This document shows positions 1 through 12,689 of a DNA stretch of 64,000 nt, in pieces (position 1 is the first letter of the stretch; each line of letters begins with the position of its first letter). Under the pieces are notes generated by a model. The model did not search any database, was not told the origin of the DNA, and was given only the letters and a program-made list of their open reading frames with translations. The stretch comes from Octopus vulgaris. Lineage: Eukaryota. The DNA is taken from assembly GCA_951406725.2 (NCBI GenBank), contig OX597814.1, positions 113,336,001-113,400,000 of the forward strand, written 5' to 3'. The position numbers and the translations under genes were made by a program.

Positions 1-450
1 CCTTCGATCTTCCTCTTTAGAATGAAAGCAACTGTAAAGTCATAATTGTATATTGGGCATGCTGGCCAGTTGAGGAGAAACGGCGTGTTGTATCACTGAA
101 CAAGGCAATTTATTTCGCTCTACTCCAGTGTAGAGCCTAAAACTGACTGGAATCGATCTCAAAGCCTGGGGACATTTAAGCTCAGGACAAGCCCGGCTGG
201 CGTCATTCAATTTCCACTGTGACAAATCATTCTGTGACAGAGGGAAGAGGAAGCGAAACGACAAGAAAGAAAATGGGGGCTGCAACAACCAAACTCTCCA
301 CTACGGATCCCTTGTGAACTTTGCAACAGACGCTTCCATACCAGAATCGACCTCATTAGTCATCAGAGGCATAAACACGAACAGAGGGCGAAGAAGTGGT
401 CAAGAAGAAACCAATTAAACGATAACTCGCCGCCGACGACGATTCCAGTG
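1..450 (+). mobile_element. 3' remnant of an RTE-clade LINE (frameshifted C-terminus with C2H2 finger)
   Basis: Translated fragments SLKLTGIDLKAW..AQDKPGWRHSI and PCELCNRRFHTRIDLISHQRHKH resemble RTE ORF C-termini; frameshifts present. Confidence 0.6.
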
Positions 451-526
451 TACTTTGCGCTAACAACGACTATTTGACAGCTGTTGCTATGCACTTCTCC
501 ATCAGTTGTTACATCATCCACGTTCT

Positions 527-949
527 TATTTCTTTATTGCTCACAAGAGGCTAAACACAGAGGGGACAAACAAGGACAGACACGGATTAAGTTGATTATA
601 TCGACACCAGTGCGTAACTGGTACTTAATTTATCGACCCCGAAAGGATGAAAGGCAAAGTCGACCTCGGTGGAATTTGAAATCAGAACGTAGCGACAGAC
701 GAAATACCTATTTCTATTTCTTTACTACCCACAAGAGGCTAAACACAGAGGGGACAAGCAAGGACAGACACACGGATTAAGTTGATTATATCGACCCTTG
801 TGCGTAACTGGTACTCAATTTATCGACCCCGAAAGGATGAAAGGCAAAGTCGACCTCAGCGGAATTTGAACTCAGAAGGTAACGGCAGACGAAATACCGC
901 TGAGCATTTCGCCCGGCGTGCTAACGTTTCTGCCAGCTCGCCGCCTTAT
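527..949 (-). mobile_element. tRNA-derived SINE family A (multimeric copy)
   Basis: Head GGCGAGCTGGCAGAAACGTTAG and B-box GAGTTCAAATTCC on minus; 13-bp TSD tcatccacgttct at 514-526 and 950-962. Confidence 0.85.
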
Positions 950-1332
950 TCATCCACGTTCTGTTGGGTCAAGTGGCGGAGTGGCCAGAGGGCTACTGTA
1001 TCTGTCCGTGACTACATAGGCATCTGAAGCAGTTAGCGGAAGATAGTAAACCAAGTTATATTTGCTTGTATTGCGTAAATGAAGAAATAAGAAATTAAGT
1101 TTTAAAAATTAAAACACAAATTTGAAAATTAGAGAAATAAACACATTCTAATTTTAGCACAAAGCCAGCAATTTTAGGAGTAGAGTTAGTCGATTACATC
1201 ATCTCGGCTCCAGTGTTCAAACGTTTCTTACTATGTTCAATCTTTAAAGGATAACATTGGTGGCATTTGAACCCAGAACGTACAGAGTGATACCGCTTAG
1301 CATTTTGTAAATATCAAAAAGAAAAAAAAGTT

Positions 1333-1404
1333 GGGCTCGTCCGGGATTTGAACCCGGGACCTCTCGCACCCTAAGCGAAAATCATACCCCTAGACCAACG
1401 AGCC
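1333..1404 (-). tRNA. tRNA-Pro-AGG: tRNA-Pro (AGG)
   Basis: Reverse complement GGCTCGTTGGTCTAGGGGTATGATTTTCGCTTAGGGTGCGAGAGGTCCCGGGTTCAAATCCCGGACGAGCCC; 72-nt cloverleaf followed by a T8 Pol III terminator. Confidence 0.96.
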
Positions 1405-1840
1405 AGCTATAAAAAGTGGCTGAAATTTAATCAGAAATACTAAACATATAACTTCAAATTACACACGCAAAAATATGTGCACACATATATATACGTTCAC
1501 ATGTATACTGACATACACATACACGCACGTCATCAGGAAAAACAGCATACAGGACCACGTCATTATGTGCAGAGACCAAAGTATTATGTGTTATTTTTTA
1601 ATCGTAATTGCTGTAACTTTTCTCTTTTAATTAAAAGAACTTGTTAAGAATTTGTAATTGTTTTATAGACACGTGGACAGTGGATCTCAGACTAAAGTAA
1701 GAAAAAACAAAGAACAAAAACAGAAAAGTCTTTAATAGTGTTTTCGAAGCAGCAGTCAGCCAGAATCTGTTACTAATAAGAAAACTAGTATTAGTAGTAT
1801 ATTTAGAGAAATTTGACAGCTTATTGTGTGGCGACCCGGT

Positions 1841-1912
1841 GGCTCGTTGGTCTAGGGGTATGATTTTCGCTTTGGGTGCGAGAGGTCCCGGGTTCGAATC
1901 CCGGACGAGCCC
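1841..1912 (+). tRNA. tRNA-Pro-TGG: tRNA-Pro (TGG)
   Basis: Canonical metazoan tRNA-Pro sequence, anticodon TGG, A and B boxes intact, T-run ~8 nt downstream. Confidence 0.96.
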
Positions 1913-2181
1913 AGTGTCCTTTTTATTGTGTTATTTTTTAATCGTAATTGCTGTAACTTTTCTCTTTTAATTAAAAGAACTTGTTAAGAATTTGTAATTG
2001 TTTTATAGACACGTGGACAGTGGATCTCAGACTTAAAGTAAGAAAAAACAAAGAACAAAAACAGAAACGTCTTTAATAGTGTTTTCGAAGCAGCAGTCAG
2101 CCAGAATCTGTTACTAATAAGAAAACTAGTATTAGTAGTATATTTAGAGAAATTTGACAGCTTATCGTGTGGCGACCCGGT

Positions 2182-2253
2182 GGCTCGTTGGTCTAGGGGT
2201 ATGATTTTCGCTTTGGGTGCGAGAGGTCCCGGGTTCGAATCCCGGACGAGCCC
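2182..2253 (+). tRNA. tRNA-Pro-TGG: tRNA-Pro (TGG), duplicate copy
   Basis: Identical to 1841-1912; T-run terminators downstream. Confidence 0.96.
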
Positions 2254-2647
2254 AGTGTCCTTTTTATTGTTTTTTTTTTCTTTTCCTCCCTATGTAACTG
2301 TTTTCATGTTTTCATGTTTACATTTCTTTCCGCTCCCCCCTTTTTTCGCTCATGTCTGTTTTTGTACTTTGCATACACGGATTCACAGATTCACACGAAC
2401 ACACGCATCAAGATTTTTCAGTTAGAAGCATTTCTACAATTCAAATTACCGGCTGGAAGTCTATACAGTTAGCGTAAAATCTATCCACTGATGCGTACTG
2501 GCGCTGCACAAGTAAATCAAGATTCAAATTTTGAGTTAGAAGCGGCTCTAAGAATGCAAACATCGATATCATATACTTAGTGCTTGTGAATTGTTAAACG
2601 CCTTTTAGATTTCGGTATTTCATCCGAGGAAAGTCGCTTTAAAGATA

Positions 2648-2824
2648 TAGGCGTAGGAGTGGCTGTATGGTAAGTAGCTTGCTTACAAACAACATAGTTC
2701 CGGGTTCAGTCCCACTGCGTGACATCTTGGGCAACTGTCTTCTACTATAGCCTCGGGCCGACCAAAGCATTGTGAGTGGATTTGGTAGACCGAAACTGAA
2801 AGAAGCCCGTCGCATATATGTATG

Positions 2825-2883
<59 letters not shown>

Positions 2884-3090
2884 TTATGTTTGTGTGTCTG
2901 TGTTTGTCCCCCCAACGTCGCTTGACAACCGATGCTGGTGTGTTTATGTCCCCGTAACATAGCGGTCCGGCAAAAGAGACCGATAGAATAAGTACTAGGT
3001 TTACAAAGAATAAGTCCTGGCGTCGATTTGCTCGACAAAAAGGCGGTGCTCCAGCATGGCCACAGTCAAGTGACTGAAACAAGTAAAAGA
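2648..3090 (+). mobile_element. tRNA-derived SINE family B (CORE-like domain, internal microsatellite)
   Basis: A-box TGGCTGTATGG, B-box GGTTCAGTCCC, CORE-like CTTGGGCAA.TGTCTT, central (TA)n(TG)n, tail TGACTGAAACAAGTAAAAGA; many copies in window. Confidence 0.85.
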
Positions 3091-3282
3091 GTGTTGAATA
3101 ACACAGTATACTTCCAGATCAAGCGAACCGAATCGTACCAGAGGTGAACAATAACGATAGATATCAATCGATAGATATTAATATTTAGCTGTTATTTCAG
3201 TTGATTGATGCGGTATGCTCGATCTGGCCATGAGACGAATTCACTTTGCTAGCTCGAAGTTTGTACAGTTAGCGTAAAATAC

Positions 3283-3696
3283 CTATTTCTTTACTACCTA
3301 CAAAGGGCTAAACACAGAGGACAAACAAGGACAGACAAACGGATTAAGTCGATTATATCGACCCCAGTGCGTAACTGGTACTTATTTAATCGACCTCGAA
3401 AGGACGAAAGGCAAAGTCGACCTCGGTGGAATTTGTACTCAGAACGTAGCGGCAGACGAAATACCAATTTCTTTACTACACAGAAGGGGCTAAACATAGA
3501 GGGGAAAAACAAGGACAGACATAGGTATTAAGTCGATTACATCGACCTCAGTGCGTAACTGGTACTTAATTTATCGATCCCGAAAGGATGAAAGGCAATG
3601 TCGACCTCGGCGGAATTTGAACTCAGAACCTAACGACAGACGAAATATGGCTACGTATTTCGCCCGGCGTGCTAACGTTTCTGCCAGCTCGCCGAC
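3283..3696 (-). mobile_element. SINE family A (multimeric copy)
   Basis: Same family as 527-949; 14-bp TSD ttagcgtaaaatac at 3269-3282 and 3697-3710. Confidence 0.85.
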
Positions 3697-3834
3697 TTAG
3701 CGTAAAATACTGCAACCAAGAATCGTTTAACAGGGCGCCTACATAATGACAGATGAGATGTCCGCATCTTGTATGTGTATTTTCCGCGTGTTCCTTTGTC
3801 GTCCTTCTGAGCAATTTCTTGTCTTTTTTAACTA

Positions 3835-4037
3835 TTTTTCTTTTACTTGTTTCAGTCATGACTGCAGTCATGCTGGAGCACCACCGTGGAAAATACTGGT
3901 GTCCCAACATGGCTCGAATACTGATCAACCCAAGGATTTCATTTTTTTTAAAGCCGCTTATTCTATCGGTCTCTTTTGCCGAACCGCTAAGGTGAGGATA
4001 TATATATATATATACACACCAACACTGGTTGTCAAAT
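3835..4037 (-). mobile_element. SINE family B 3' fragment
   Basis: Matches the family B tail (cttttacttgtttcagtca...ctatcggtctcttttgccgaaccgctaa). Confidence 0.7.
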
Positions 4038-4158
4038 GCATCAGCGGTCACGTGTGGAATTGTTTTCTCGCGGTCAAATTTTGAGCATTATCATAATTCT
4101 TATTTTGTGTTGTGTCAGTAGAAACGTGTTAAGTTTTGATATGGGTTTTACATGTTAA

Positions 4159-4551
4159 CTAGCAGTATCACCCGGCGTTGCTCGGGTTTGTTTCGACCCT
4201 TTAGAATTGGAATTTTTGAAAAGTAAAAATTTTGCATCATCTAGCTTGTTATTCTCTTTAAGTAAACATTTTTCTGGTTGAAATACACCGAAAAATGGCG
4301 ACACAGCAGTCAAAAAATCGTTAAAAATAGGGATTTTCATAGAAAAAAAAGCACCTTTTTGATGTAAATAATTTTTGGTGTTAACATGATCCGATTTGAA
4401 TTTTTTCTTCTACGGAAGGAAGAGCAAGCCTTCTTCTATCATACTCTCAATTTTGATCTGCTTGCGCCGCAGGGTCTCGGAGGAGATAGTGTTAGTTGAA
4501 GGCTACCAAACCTGCCATACACAGACAACATCAGCTTTATATATGTAGAGA
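4159..4551 (-). mobile_element. Non-autonomous Helitron
   Basis: Minus strand starts TCTCTACATATA and ends with hairpin CCCGAGCAACGCCGGG, ~10 nt, then CTAG; same termini at 59532-59916. Confidence 0.7.
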
Positions 4552-4879
4552 GTTAAACGCAATGCCAACATTTTTACGCAAACACAAATATTTGAAAATT
4601 AAACGTAGTGATACAAAGTAGGAAAAGAACTCAAGAGCCATCTTTTAAGTATCTGGATTTACAAAATTGGCTTCTGTTTTTGACTAGGTAGTAAGGGCCT
4701 ATATCTTATTTAGCAGTGGGATAGGTTAACGTTCGCAATATTCTGCTGCTCTCCGGGCGAAATGTTCAAAGCAAAGTCAAACTCAGAAATTGAAGAGCCG
4801 GACGAAATGCTCCCAAGCATTTTGTCCGGTATGCTAAAATACTGGCAGCTTGCTGACTTCACAATAATGATAGCAATAG

Positions 4880-5276
4880 GGCGGCGAGCTGGCAGAAACG
4901 TTAGCACGCCGGGCGAAATGCGTAGCCGTATTTCGTCTGCCGTTACGTTCTGAGTTCAAATTCCGCCGAGGTCGACTTTGCCTTTCACCCTTTCGGGATC
5001 GATAAATTGAGTACTAGTTACGCACTGGGGTCAAATTAATCGACTTAATCCGTGTGTCTGTCCTTGTTTGACCTCTCTGTGTTTAGCCTCTTGTGGGTAG
5101 TAAAGAAATAGGTATTTCGTCTGTCTTTACGTTCTGAGTTCAAATTCCGCCGAGGTCGACTTTGCCTTTCATCCTTTCGGGGTCGATAAATTAAGTAGCA
5201 GTTACGAACTGGGGTCGATGTAATCGACCGGCCCCTCCCACCAAATTTCGGGCCTTGGGCCTAGAGTAGAAAAGAA
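4880..5276 (+). mobile_element. SINE family A (dimeric copy)
   Basis: GGCGGCGAGCTGGCAGAAACG head, B-box, GCCTTTCATCCTTTCGGGGTCGATAAATTAAGTA central domain repeated twice. Confidence 0.85.
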
Positions 5277-5795
5277 TATTCTGTTGCTCATGAATCGCTA
5301 GCATGCGAGGCAAAAATACTTAACCACATTTCGTCTCTCTGCACGTTCTGAGTTTAAAATTCGGTCGAAGCCTTTCATCCTTTTGGGGTCGATAAAATAA
5401 GTACCAGTTATGCACTGGGGATCTATGTTTCTCCGAAACTGCTGACCTTGTGCCGAAATTTGAAACCAATATTTTGCTGGTCACATAAACTTTTGGCAAT
5501 AAATAGAGATGTTTTAAACTTTCTCGGTTAAAATGAAATGCGAGTGGTTTCTTAAAATCATTTTCTTCACATGGTAAAAACTAAACGAAACGTGTAAAAT
5601 AATTAACCAATTCATTAACTAAAAACAGCTTTTTTTTTTCTTCTGAAACCGAGTCTACCCAAAACAGACGTATAAATCAGATAAGTGCTTCACCGTTTTG
5701 TTAACCCGAAAGACTTAAAAAACGATAAAAACGGGATTGGAAGAATTTGAGAAACTTCCGGGATCAACCGACTACTACTACTACTACTACTACTG

Positions 5796-5836
<41 letters not shown>

Positions 5837-7059
5837 GTTGCTGCTGCTGCTGCTGTTATTCTTTTTATTATTTTGGCGAATCTAATATATTATTCCTGTG
5901 TGAGCCATCAGATAAAGAAGGCGGCTATAAAACCCAAACGATTTTATTTATTTGTTGCGTTTCGTTTCGAAATTAATCAGATTTACTCGATTTGGCCGAC
6001 TATTCCAGCTAAATTATCGCTGGATTATCTCTAGGTCTCAAATATGATACTTCCACTGAACTAAGAAACTTGTTGAAACGCATGTGCCGTCTCGTGCGTG
6101 AGTCTACATGTATGTGTGATGCGCGCGTGTGTATGTGTGCGTGTTCATGTGTGAGTATGTGCGTGTATGCGTGTGTATGTGTGTGTGTAGGTGTGTATGT
6201 GCGTGTGTATGTGTGTGTGTGCGCGCACGCTTGTCTTTATGTGTTTATTGTATGTGTTTGGCATGTGAGGAAGAAAAAAACCAATAAATAAGTTAACCCA
6301 TTGATCCGGGACTAAGCATAACAATATAAAACATATCAAGTTGTCTTCTTCTTCTTGCTGTTATTTTCCCTTTGTTCTTCTTCATCTTGTTATTGCTGTG
6401 CTTTTCACGTCTTTGGCTTTGTATAACCCTTGTTCACCTCTTTTTTGTGTAGTTGTTACAAACACAGTAAATGTATTTAACCAATAGATTTTTAAGAACT
6501 TAACATCTTACTCATAAAATTCACACCTCTTTCGAAAACGGTGCACACAATCTAACAAGAGACATACGTATTGACAAATATATGTTAATGATATGCAAAC
6601 GGTAACGTTAGTTTGCAGTGTTGGCCAGTAGCGATTTACCGTAAGACTTACGGCTACAATAAAAAAAGCATTGGTCTTATCAACATGACCTATGCTTGCG
6701 GCATATTGTAATCGGAAGGAACGACCATTAATCTTAAAGGGCACGAAAACCGTTGATTGCTCGATGAGTTAGAAGAAGTAAGAGGTACGGGTAGGTGTGA
6801 TTAATGGTAGAAGTCCGTTAACTGATTGTAAGTCTTTGAGAATATATCAGAAAATATTCTTATCAAATTAAGTGGAAATGGAAGTGACAATACTATGTGT
6901 CACCGTTAAGTGTTATCGGGCTTCTCAATATCTCTTATAACTCTGCTGCCAATCCACAGACAAGCATTTTTTTTTCTTTTGGTTGTTGAGACTACCAAAA
7001 TGGAAGACACGGAACGTAGTGGCGTATTTATTAATCTCCCTTCCCATCACAGAAAACAG

Positions 7060-7153
<94 letters not shown>

Positions 7154-7330
7154 AATAATAATAATAATAATAATAACAATAATGATAATAATAAATTGGG
7201 GAAATATTACAAACTTACAGGAAAAAATTCAATTTAGAAATACCAAATCAAATTTCACAAAATATAATATATATATAAATTAGAAAAAAACAACTTTTAT
7301 CAATTCAAAATGAAACATTAAATTACACCA

Positions 7331-7411
<81 letters not shown>

Positions 7412-7414
<3 letters not shown>

Positions 7415-7828
7415 CTCTTTCTCTTTCTCTTTCTCTTTTACTTGTTTCAGTCATTTGACTGCGGCTATGCTGGAGCACCGCCTTTAATCGAGCAACTCGA
7501 CCCCGGGACTTATTCTTTGTAAGCCCAGTACTTATTCTATCGGTTTCTTTTTTGCCGAACCGCTAAGTGACGGGGACGTAAACACACCAGCATCGGTTGT
7601 CAAGCGATGCTAGGGGGACAAACACAGACACACAAATACACACATATATATATACATATATACGATGGGCTTCTTTCAGTTTCCGTCTACCAAATCCACT
7701 CACAAGGCATTGGTCGGCCCGGGGCTATAGCAGAAGACACTTGCCCAAGATGCCACGCAGTGGGACTGAACCCGGAACCATGTGGTTGGTTAGCAAGCTA
7801 CTTACCACACAGCCACTCCTGCGCCTAT
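7412..7828 (-). mobile_element. SINE family B, full length
   Basis: Reverse complement of the 2648-3090 family. Confidence 0.85.
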
Positions 7829-8281
7829 ATATATATATACATCTATATATATATATGCATATATATATACATATATATGTGTGTGTGTGTGTGTGTGTGT
7901 TTATGTATATATGTATGTAAAAAAAAAGAAAATAATTCTTCTTAACTTTGGCACCTGGTCAACAATTTTGAGGGGAAGGCCTATGTCGATTACATCAATC
8001 CCAGTATCCAACTGGTACTTTGCTTTATCGACCCCGCAAGAATGAAAGGCAAAGTCAAAGTCAACATCGGCGGAATTCATAGTTAGAACGTAAAGAGCTA
8101 ACGATTCTGCGCGCTCGCCATCTTAAAAATAATCTTTTATTCGATAGGCACAAGACAATCAATTCTTAGGGGAGAGGGCTCAACTCTAAATATCTCAAAG
8201 TATTTTGTCCGACACACTAGCGATTCTGCTAACTCACTGCTTAAAATAAATAAATAAATTAATTAATAAATATTAATAATG

Positions 8282-8340
<59 letters not shown>

Positions 8341-8442
8341 CTCCAGAAGGTGTTCGAAAAATAAGGGGCGTTACCTTAGTTCACTGGTAGTGAACAGCTG
8401 ACACCATAGTACTTCTCCTGTGTTAGAAGCTGTGTAAAGGCA
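8341..8442 (+). mobile_element. Very short 3' end of an R4/Dong-like retrotransposon in (TAA)n
   Basis: Homologous to 14830-14930 (cagaaggtgttcgaaaaataag...gttagaagctgtg); flanked on both sides by (TAA)n. Confidence 0.6.
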
Positions 8443-8457
8443 ATAATAATAATAATA

Positions 8458-8495
<38 letters not shown>

Positions 8496-8503
8496 AATAA
8501 TAA

Positions 8504-8554
<51 letters not shown>

Positions 8555-8837
8555 CCACGGCGTAAATGAGGACGGGACTACAGGTGACGGACTTTCGCCC
8601 AGCAGATGCCTTGTGGGTGAGAAATACAGGCCCAGTCGTCTCTGTTGGGGACAGCTAGGATTTTGAGATTGGTACTTGGATGTTGAATGTCTCCCACGAT
8701 AACTAACAACCAAGTATCAAAGCTTATAATGTGTACAAAGAGACCCTGTCAGACTTCTGATTCTCACAGAATCTACCAGAACAAATAAGATCGAACGTTG
8801 TGACGCGAAACAACAACAACAACAACAACAATAATAC

Positions 8838-9525
8838 TCAGGGTGTAGAGTCTTAGCACCTGTAGAATATAAAGCAAGACATGACAGAGTCGGCCAGTAT
8901 TTACACTGGACAATATGTCGGCATTATAAAATCAAAACCGCTGACAAATGGTATAAACACCATCCTGAAGCTGTGACTGAGGAATAAAATGTATCGATTC
9001 TGTGGGACTTCCCCGTATATACCGACAAAACTATAAAAGCTAATAAACAGGATATTATTATAAAAGATCAGACAAAAAAGATGTGTTTATTAATTGACAT
9101 AGGTATTCCTTGCGATCACAATATAGCGGCGAAAGAATTTGACAAGATCAATAAATATAAAGACTTGCTAATAGAAATTGAAAAAAATGTGGCATCTCAA
9201 GGCGACTACAATACCAGTAATTGTGGGATCTCTAGGAGTGATAAAAAAAGGTACTGAAACCTATTTGAAAATGATACCAGGCTTGCCATTCCTACAGGAA
9301 GTGCAAAAAGTCGTGTTAACTGGAACGACTCACGTACTGAGAAGAGCATTATCGCCGTGAAAACAACATCCATCCATGAATTTATTTATTTATTAATTTT
9401 TAAATACATATTTTACCTGTGAATTTGCGTGTGTAATCTGGGAACGCATACAATGAGCTTCTCTGCCCTAGGTGTACGGAAAACACTCGGCGAGAAATGG
9501 AAGAAAATTTGAAGAAAGAAGGGAC
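8838..9525 (+). mobile_element. 5'-truncated R4/Dong-like non-LTR retrotransposon (restriction-like endonuclease, pseudogenised)
   Basis: SGCRVLAPVEYKARHDRVGQYLHW...LWDFPVYTDKTIKANKQDII...LIDIGIPCD...KYKDL..EI..MWHLKATTIPVIVGSLG (RHD and PD..D-type motifs); one in-frame stop and one frameshift; ORF stop 9360; flanked by (AAC/AAT)n. Confidence 0.8.
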
Positions 9526-9534
9526 ATAATAATG

Positions 9535-9596
<62 letters not shown>

Positions 9597-9811
9597 CCTT
9601 TCTACTATAGGCACAAGACCTGTAATTTGGGGCTGGGTTGGGGATAGTCGATTACATCGATCCCAGTACTCAACCGAGCCTTTTTTTGATCGGCCCCGAA
9701 AGGATGAAAATCAAAGTCGGCATGAGCAAAATTTGAATTTAGAACGTAAGCCGGACAAAATTCCATTCAAGAATTTTGTCCGGCGTGCTAACGATTCTAT
9801 CAGCTCGCCGC
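9597..9811 (-). mobile_element. Diverged SINE family A copy
   Basis: ccccgaaaggatgaaa and cggcgtgctaacgattct..cagctcgcc match family A. Confidence 0.7.
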
Positions 9812-9813
9812 TT

Positions 9814-9858
<45 letters not shown>

Positions 9859-10042
9859 AATGAATAAAAAGAATGGCAAAGAAATAAGAAATAATTGCAT
9901 GTTGATGCCATTAGAATTTTTAAAATTCGAAGGAAAGATTCTATTTTGGAATGGTGGATCTCGAAGCATAATTTCTAATGACGTCAACACTATACAGATC
10001 TTGCTGGTAAGAATAAGGTCCCTAAAATGGATAAGGAAATTG

Positions 10043-10128
10043 GAAGGATTGCTTCGGTCTATTGGTGGAACGCCTATAACACTTGTAGCAGATGTAGGTT
10101 CGAGTCCTACAGGCAGACTTCGATTTTT
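10043..10128 (+). ncRNA. tRNA-like putative Pol III unit (non-canonical; pseudogene, SINE head or small ncRNA)
   Basis: Perfect T-arm GTAGG-TTCGAGT-CCTAC; pairing TTGCTT/AGGCAG and GAAG/CTTC; TTTTT at 10124-10128; anticodon arm abnormal. Confidence 0.35.
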
Positions 10129-10273
10129 CACCCTTTTTTTTTAAATCTAAAGGGATTTTAAACCCAATATTTACATTCACTGTCATTTGCAGCTTTATCT
10201 GCTTCAAGATCTATCGTTCCGAAAGGAATTATTTCACGTTCTCTCAAAGTTTAAAATTTTTACGACATCAGCA

Positions 10274-10370
<97 letters not shown>

Positions 10371-10551
10371 CAAAATAAGCAGCAAGGATATCCAAGGTAG
10401 TGTAGTACAATTGTTTCATGGTACTTCATCTTATTAAACACTGTAAGTATTATATCAGTTCCCCATTTGATTTATATTGATAATACCATACAAAATTCTG
10501 GTGCCTTTAACTTAAGTACCATATTCATCTGAATCTAAACTTTGCTGAACT

Positions 10552-10583
<32 letters not shown>

Positions 10584-11129
10584 TGTATGTATGAATGTAT
10601 ATCTGTGTGCTTGTGCGTATGTATATGTATGCATGTAAAAAAGAACGGCACCCAAAATATTTAAATTCTGTGACCTCCAACCCATTCCATTGTTTTAGAT
10701 TCACATTCACTGACGACTACGATTGACTAAACAGTATGCATAAGCGTCAGTTATGAGAAAATAACTCGGCATTTACACCTCCTATATATATACGTATGTG
10801 TGTATGTATGTCTTTGTATGTATGGATATCTGTATTCATGAGTCAGCGATAGGTGAGATCAAAGGATAACGTATATATTTTCTGACACAGATGTTATCAG
10901 GAAAAATGAACTGTATGCTGTTTAAAAAACATTTAAGCCCCACATTTCTATAATATATATTTTATGTAGGTTTCATTATGGGATGGGTTTTGGAATGTAT
11001 TAGGAAAAAAAACAAAATAGAAGGAAAAGAAAGAGGTGGGTGAATGGGATGATTTGAAAAAAAGCAAGGAACGCCAGGATAAATATTTTACATTTTACTA
11101 CCGTCTCGTTGACATACGGTTTATATATA

Positions 11130-11192
<63 letters not shown>

Positions 11193-11212
11193 CATCATAA
11201 TCAATATTATTA

Positions 11213-11291
<79 letters not shown>

Positions 11292-11711
11292 CATTATTAT
11301 TATTATTATTATTATCATTATTATTATTATTATTGGTAGTATTATCCGGTGAGGAAATCCATAGCTTGGATGTGTAAACGGTTTTTGTGTTCAAAATAAA
11401 TGGTGGGCGGGGCGAAATGGTAATTGGAACGAAAAGAGGCCGCGATGAGAGGTATTTTGTAGATTTTGGAAAAAACTAATGCTTTGTGTGTGTATGGTGT
11501 TATTTTGCACAGACAGACAGGCACGCATCATACACATCATACATATATACATACATACATACTTACATACATACATACATACATACATACAAATAAATAT
11601 ATATATACATATATATATGTATGTACATATATGCACATAAATGCATATATATATGTTTGTGTGTGTGAGAGAGTGTGTATATATATATGTGTGTGTGTGT
11701 GTATATATATG

Positions 11712-11745
<34 letters not shown>

Positions 11746-11748
<3 letters not shown>

Positions 11749-12551
11749 TTAATATCTAGATCCGCACCCGGTGGGAAAAATGGAAACGAAAATGTGTAAC
11801 AGTTGTAAGGCATCGTATATTGACGAAATAAGACGGAAAAAAAAAGCGCGCTGACAAACGGGGAGGGTTGGGTTGGGGGGAGGGGGCTCGGGAAATTCCC
11901 AGGATCAACCGTCGAGGATCCACGCCCAGGTGGCAAAAATGGAAAAAAATATGTGTAACAGGTGTAAGGCACCGTATATTGAAGGAATATGACGAAAAAA
12001 AAGCGCGCTGACAAACGGGCGGGGGGGGGGGAAGGGGGCTCGGAAAATTGCCTACGATTTAAAGAAAAATTTACCATCAATTTTCACCATTTTAAACGCA
12101 TTTCACACACATAGCCCAATATCATAATTCAAAACTAACGCAGCGAAAATTTTGAAAAGTTCCCCCAGTTCTGAAAAAAATCGATAAATTCGACATGGGG
12201 TCGCGAATCAGAAACACAATGGTGAAAATTGATGGTAAATTTTTCTTTAAATCGTAGGCAATTTTCCGAGCCCCCTCCCCCCGTTTGTCAGCGCGCTTTT
12301 TTTCGTCATATTCATTCAATATACGATGCCTTACACCTGTTACACATATTTTTTTCCATTTTTGCCACCTGGGCGTGGATCCTCTACGGTTGATCCTGGG
12401 AATTTCCCGAGCCCCCTCCCCCTCCAACCCAACCCCCCCGTTTGTCAGCGCGCTTTTTTTCCGTCTTATTCCGTCAATATACGATGCCTTACAACTGTTA
12501 CACATTTTCGTTTCCATTTTTCCAACCGGGTGCGGATCTAGATATTAACCA
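11746..12551. mobile_element. Foldback/MITE-like element with ~340-bp inverted arms
   Basis: Arms 11746-12091 and 12218-12551 are near-perfect reverse complements (TGGTTAATATCTAGATCCGCACCCGG...); each arm has an internal sub-repeat; flanked by TA. Confidence 0.85.
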
Positions 12552-12689
12552 TATAGATATTTTTTTTTTTTTTTTTTTTTTTTTGTACTTGTTTCAGTCA
12601 TTTGACTGCGGCCATGCTGGAGCACCGCCTTTTAGAGTGGTGAAAGAGTACAGCAGGGATCACCACCATCCCCTGATATATATATATTC

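Larger units (their letters stand above)
1587..2270 (+). repeat. Recent tandem duplication (~341-bp unit) containing tRNA-Pro(TGG)
   Basis: Two near-identical units (ttatttttta at 1591 and 1931; tRNAs 341 bp apart); I see about three differences. Confidence 0.9.

Noticed and set aside
484-1027. Recurrent ORFs containing RNWYLIYRPRKDERQSRP or DGLLSVSVYQIHSQG
   Set aside because: Incidental translations of SINE families A and B
6625-6690. FTVRLTATIKKA resembling the Helitron/PIF1 helicase motif FPVRLAFAMTINK
   Set aside because: Too short and degenerate to support without a search
11391-12548. 229-aa and 131-aa ORFs over the foldback element
   Set aside because: No transposase motifs; products of inverted repeat plus microsatellite
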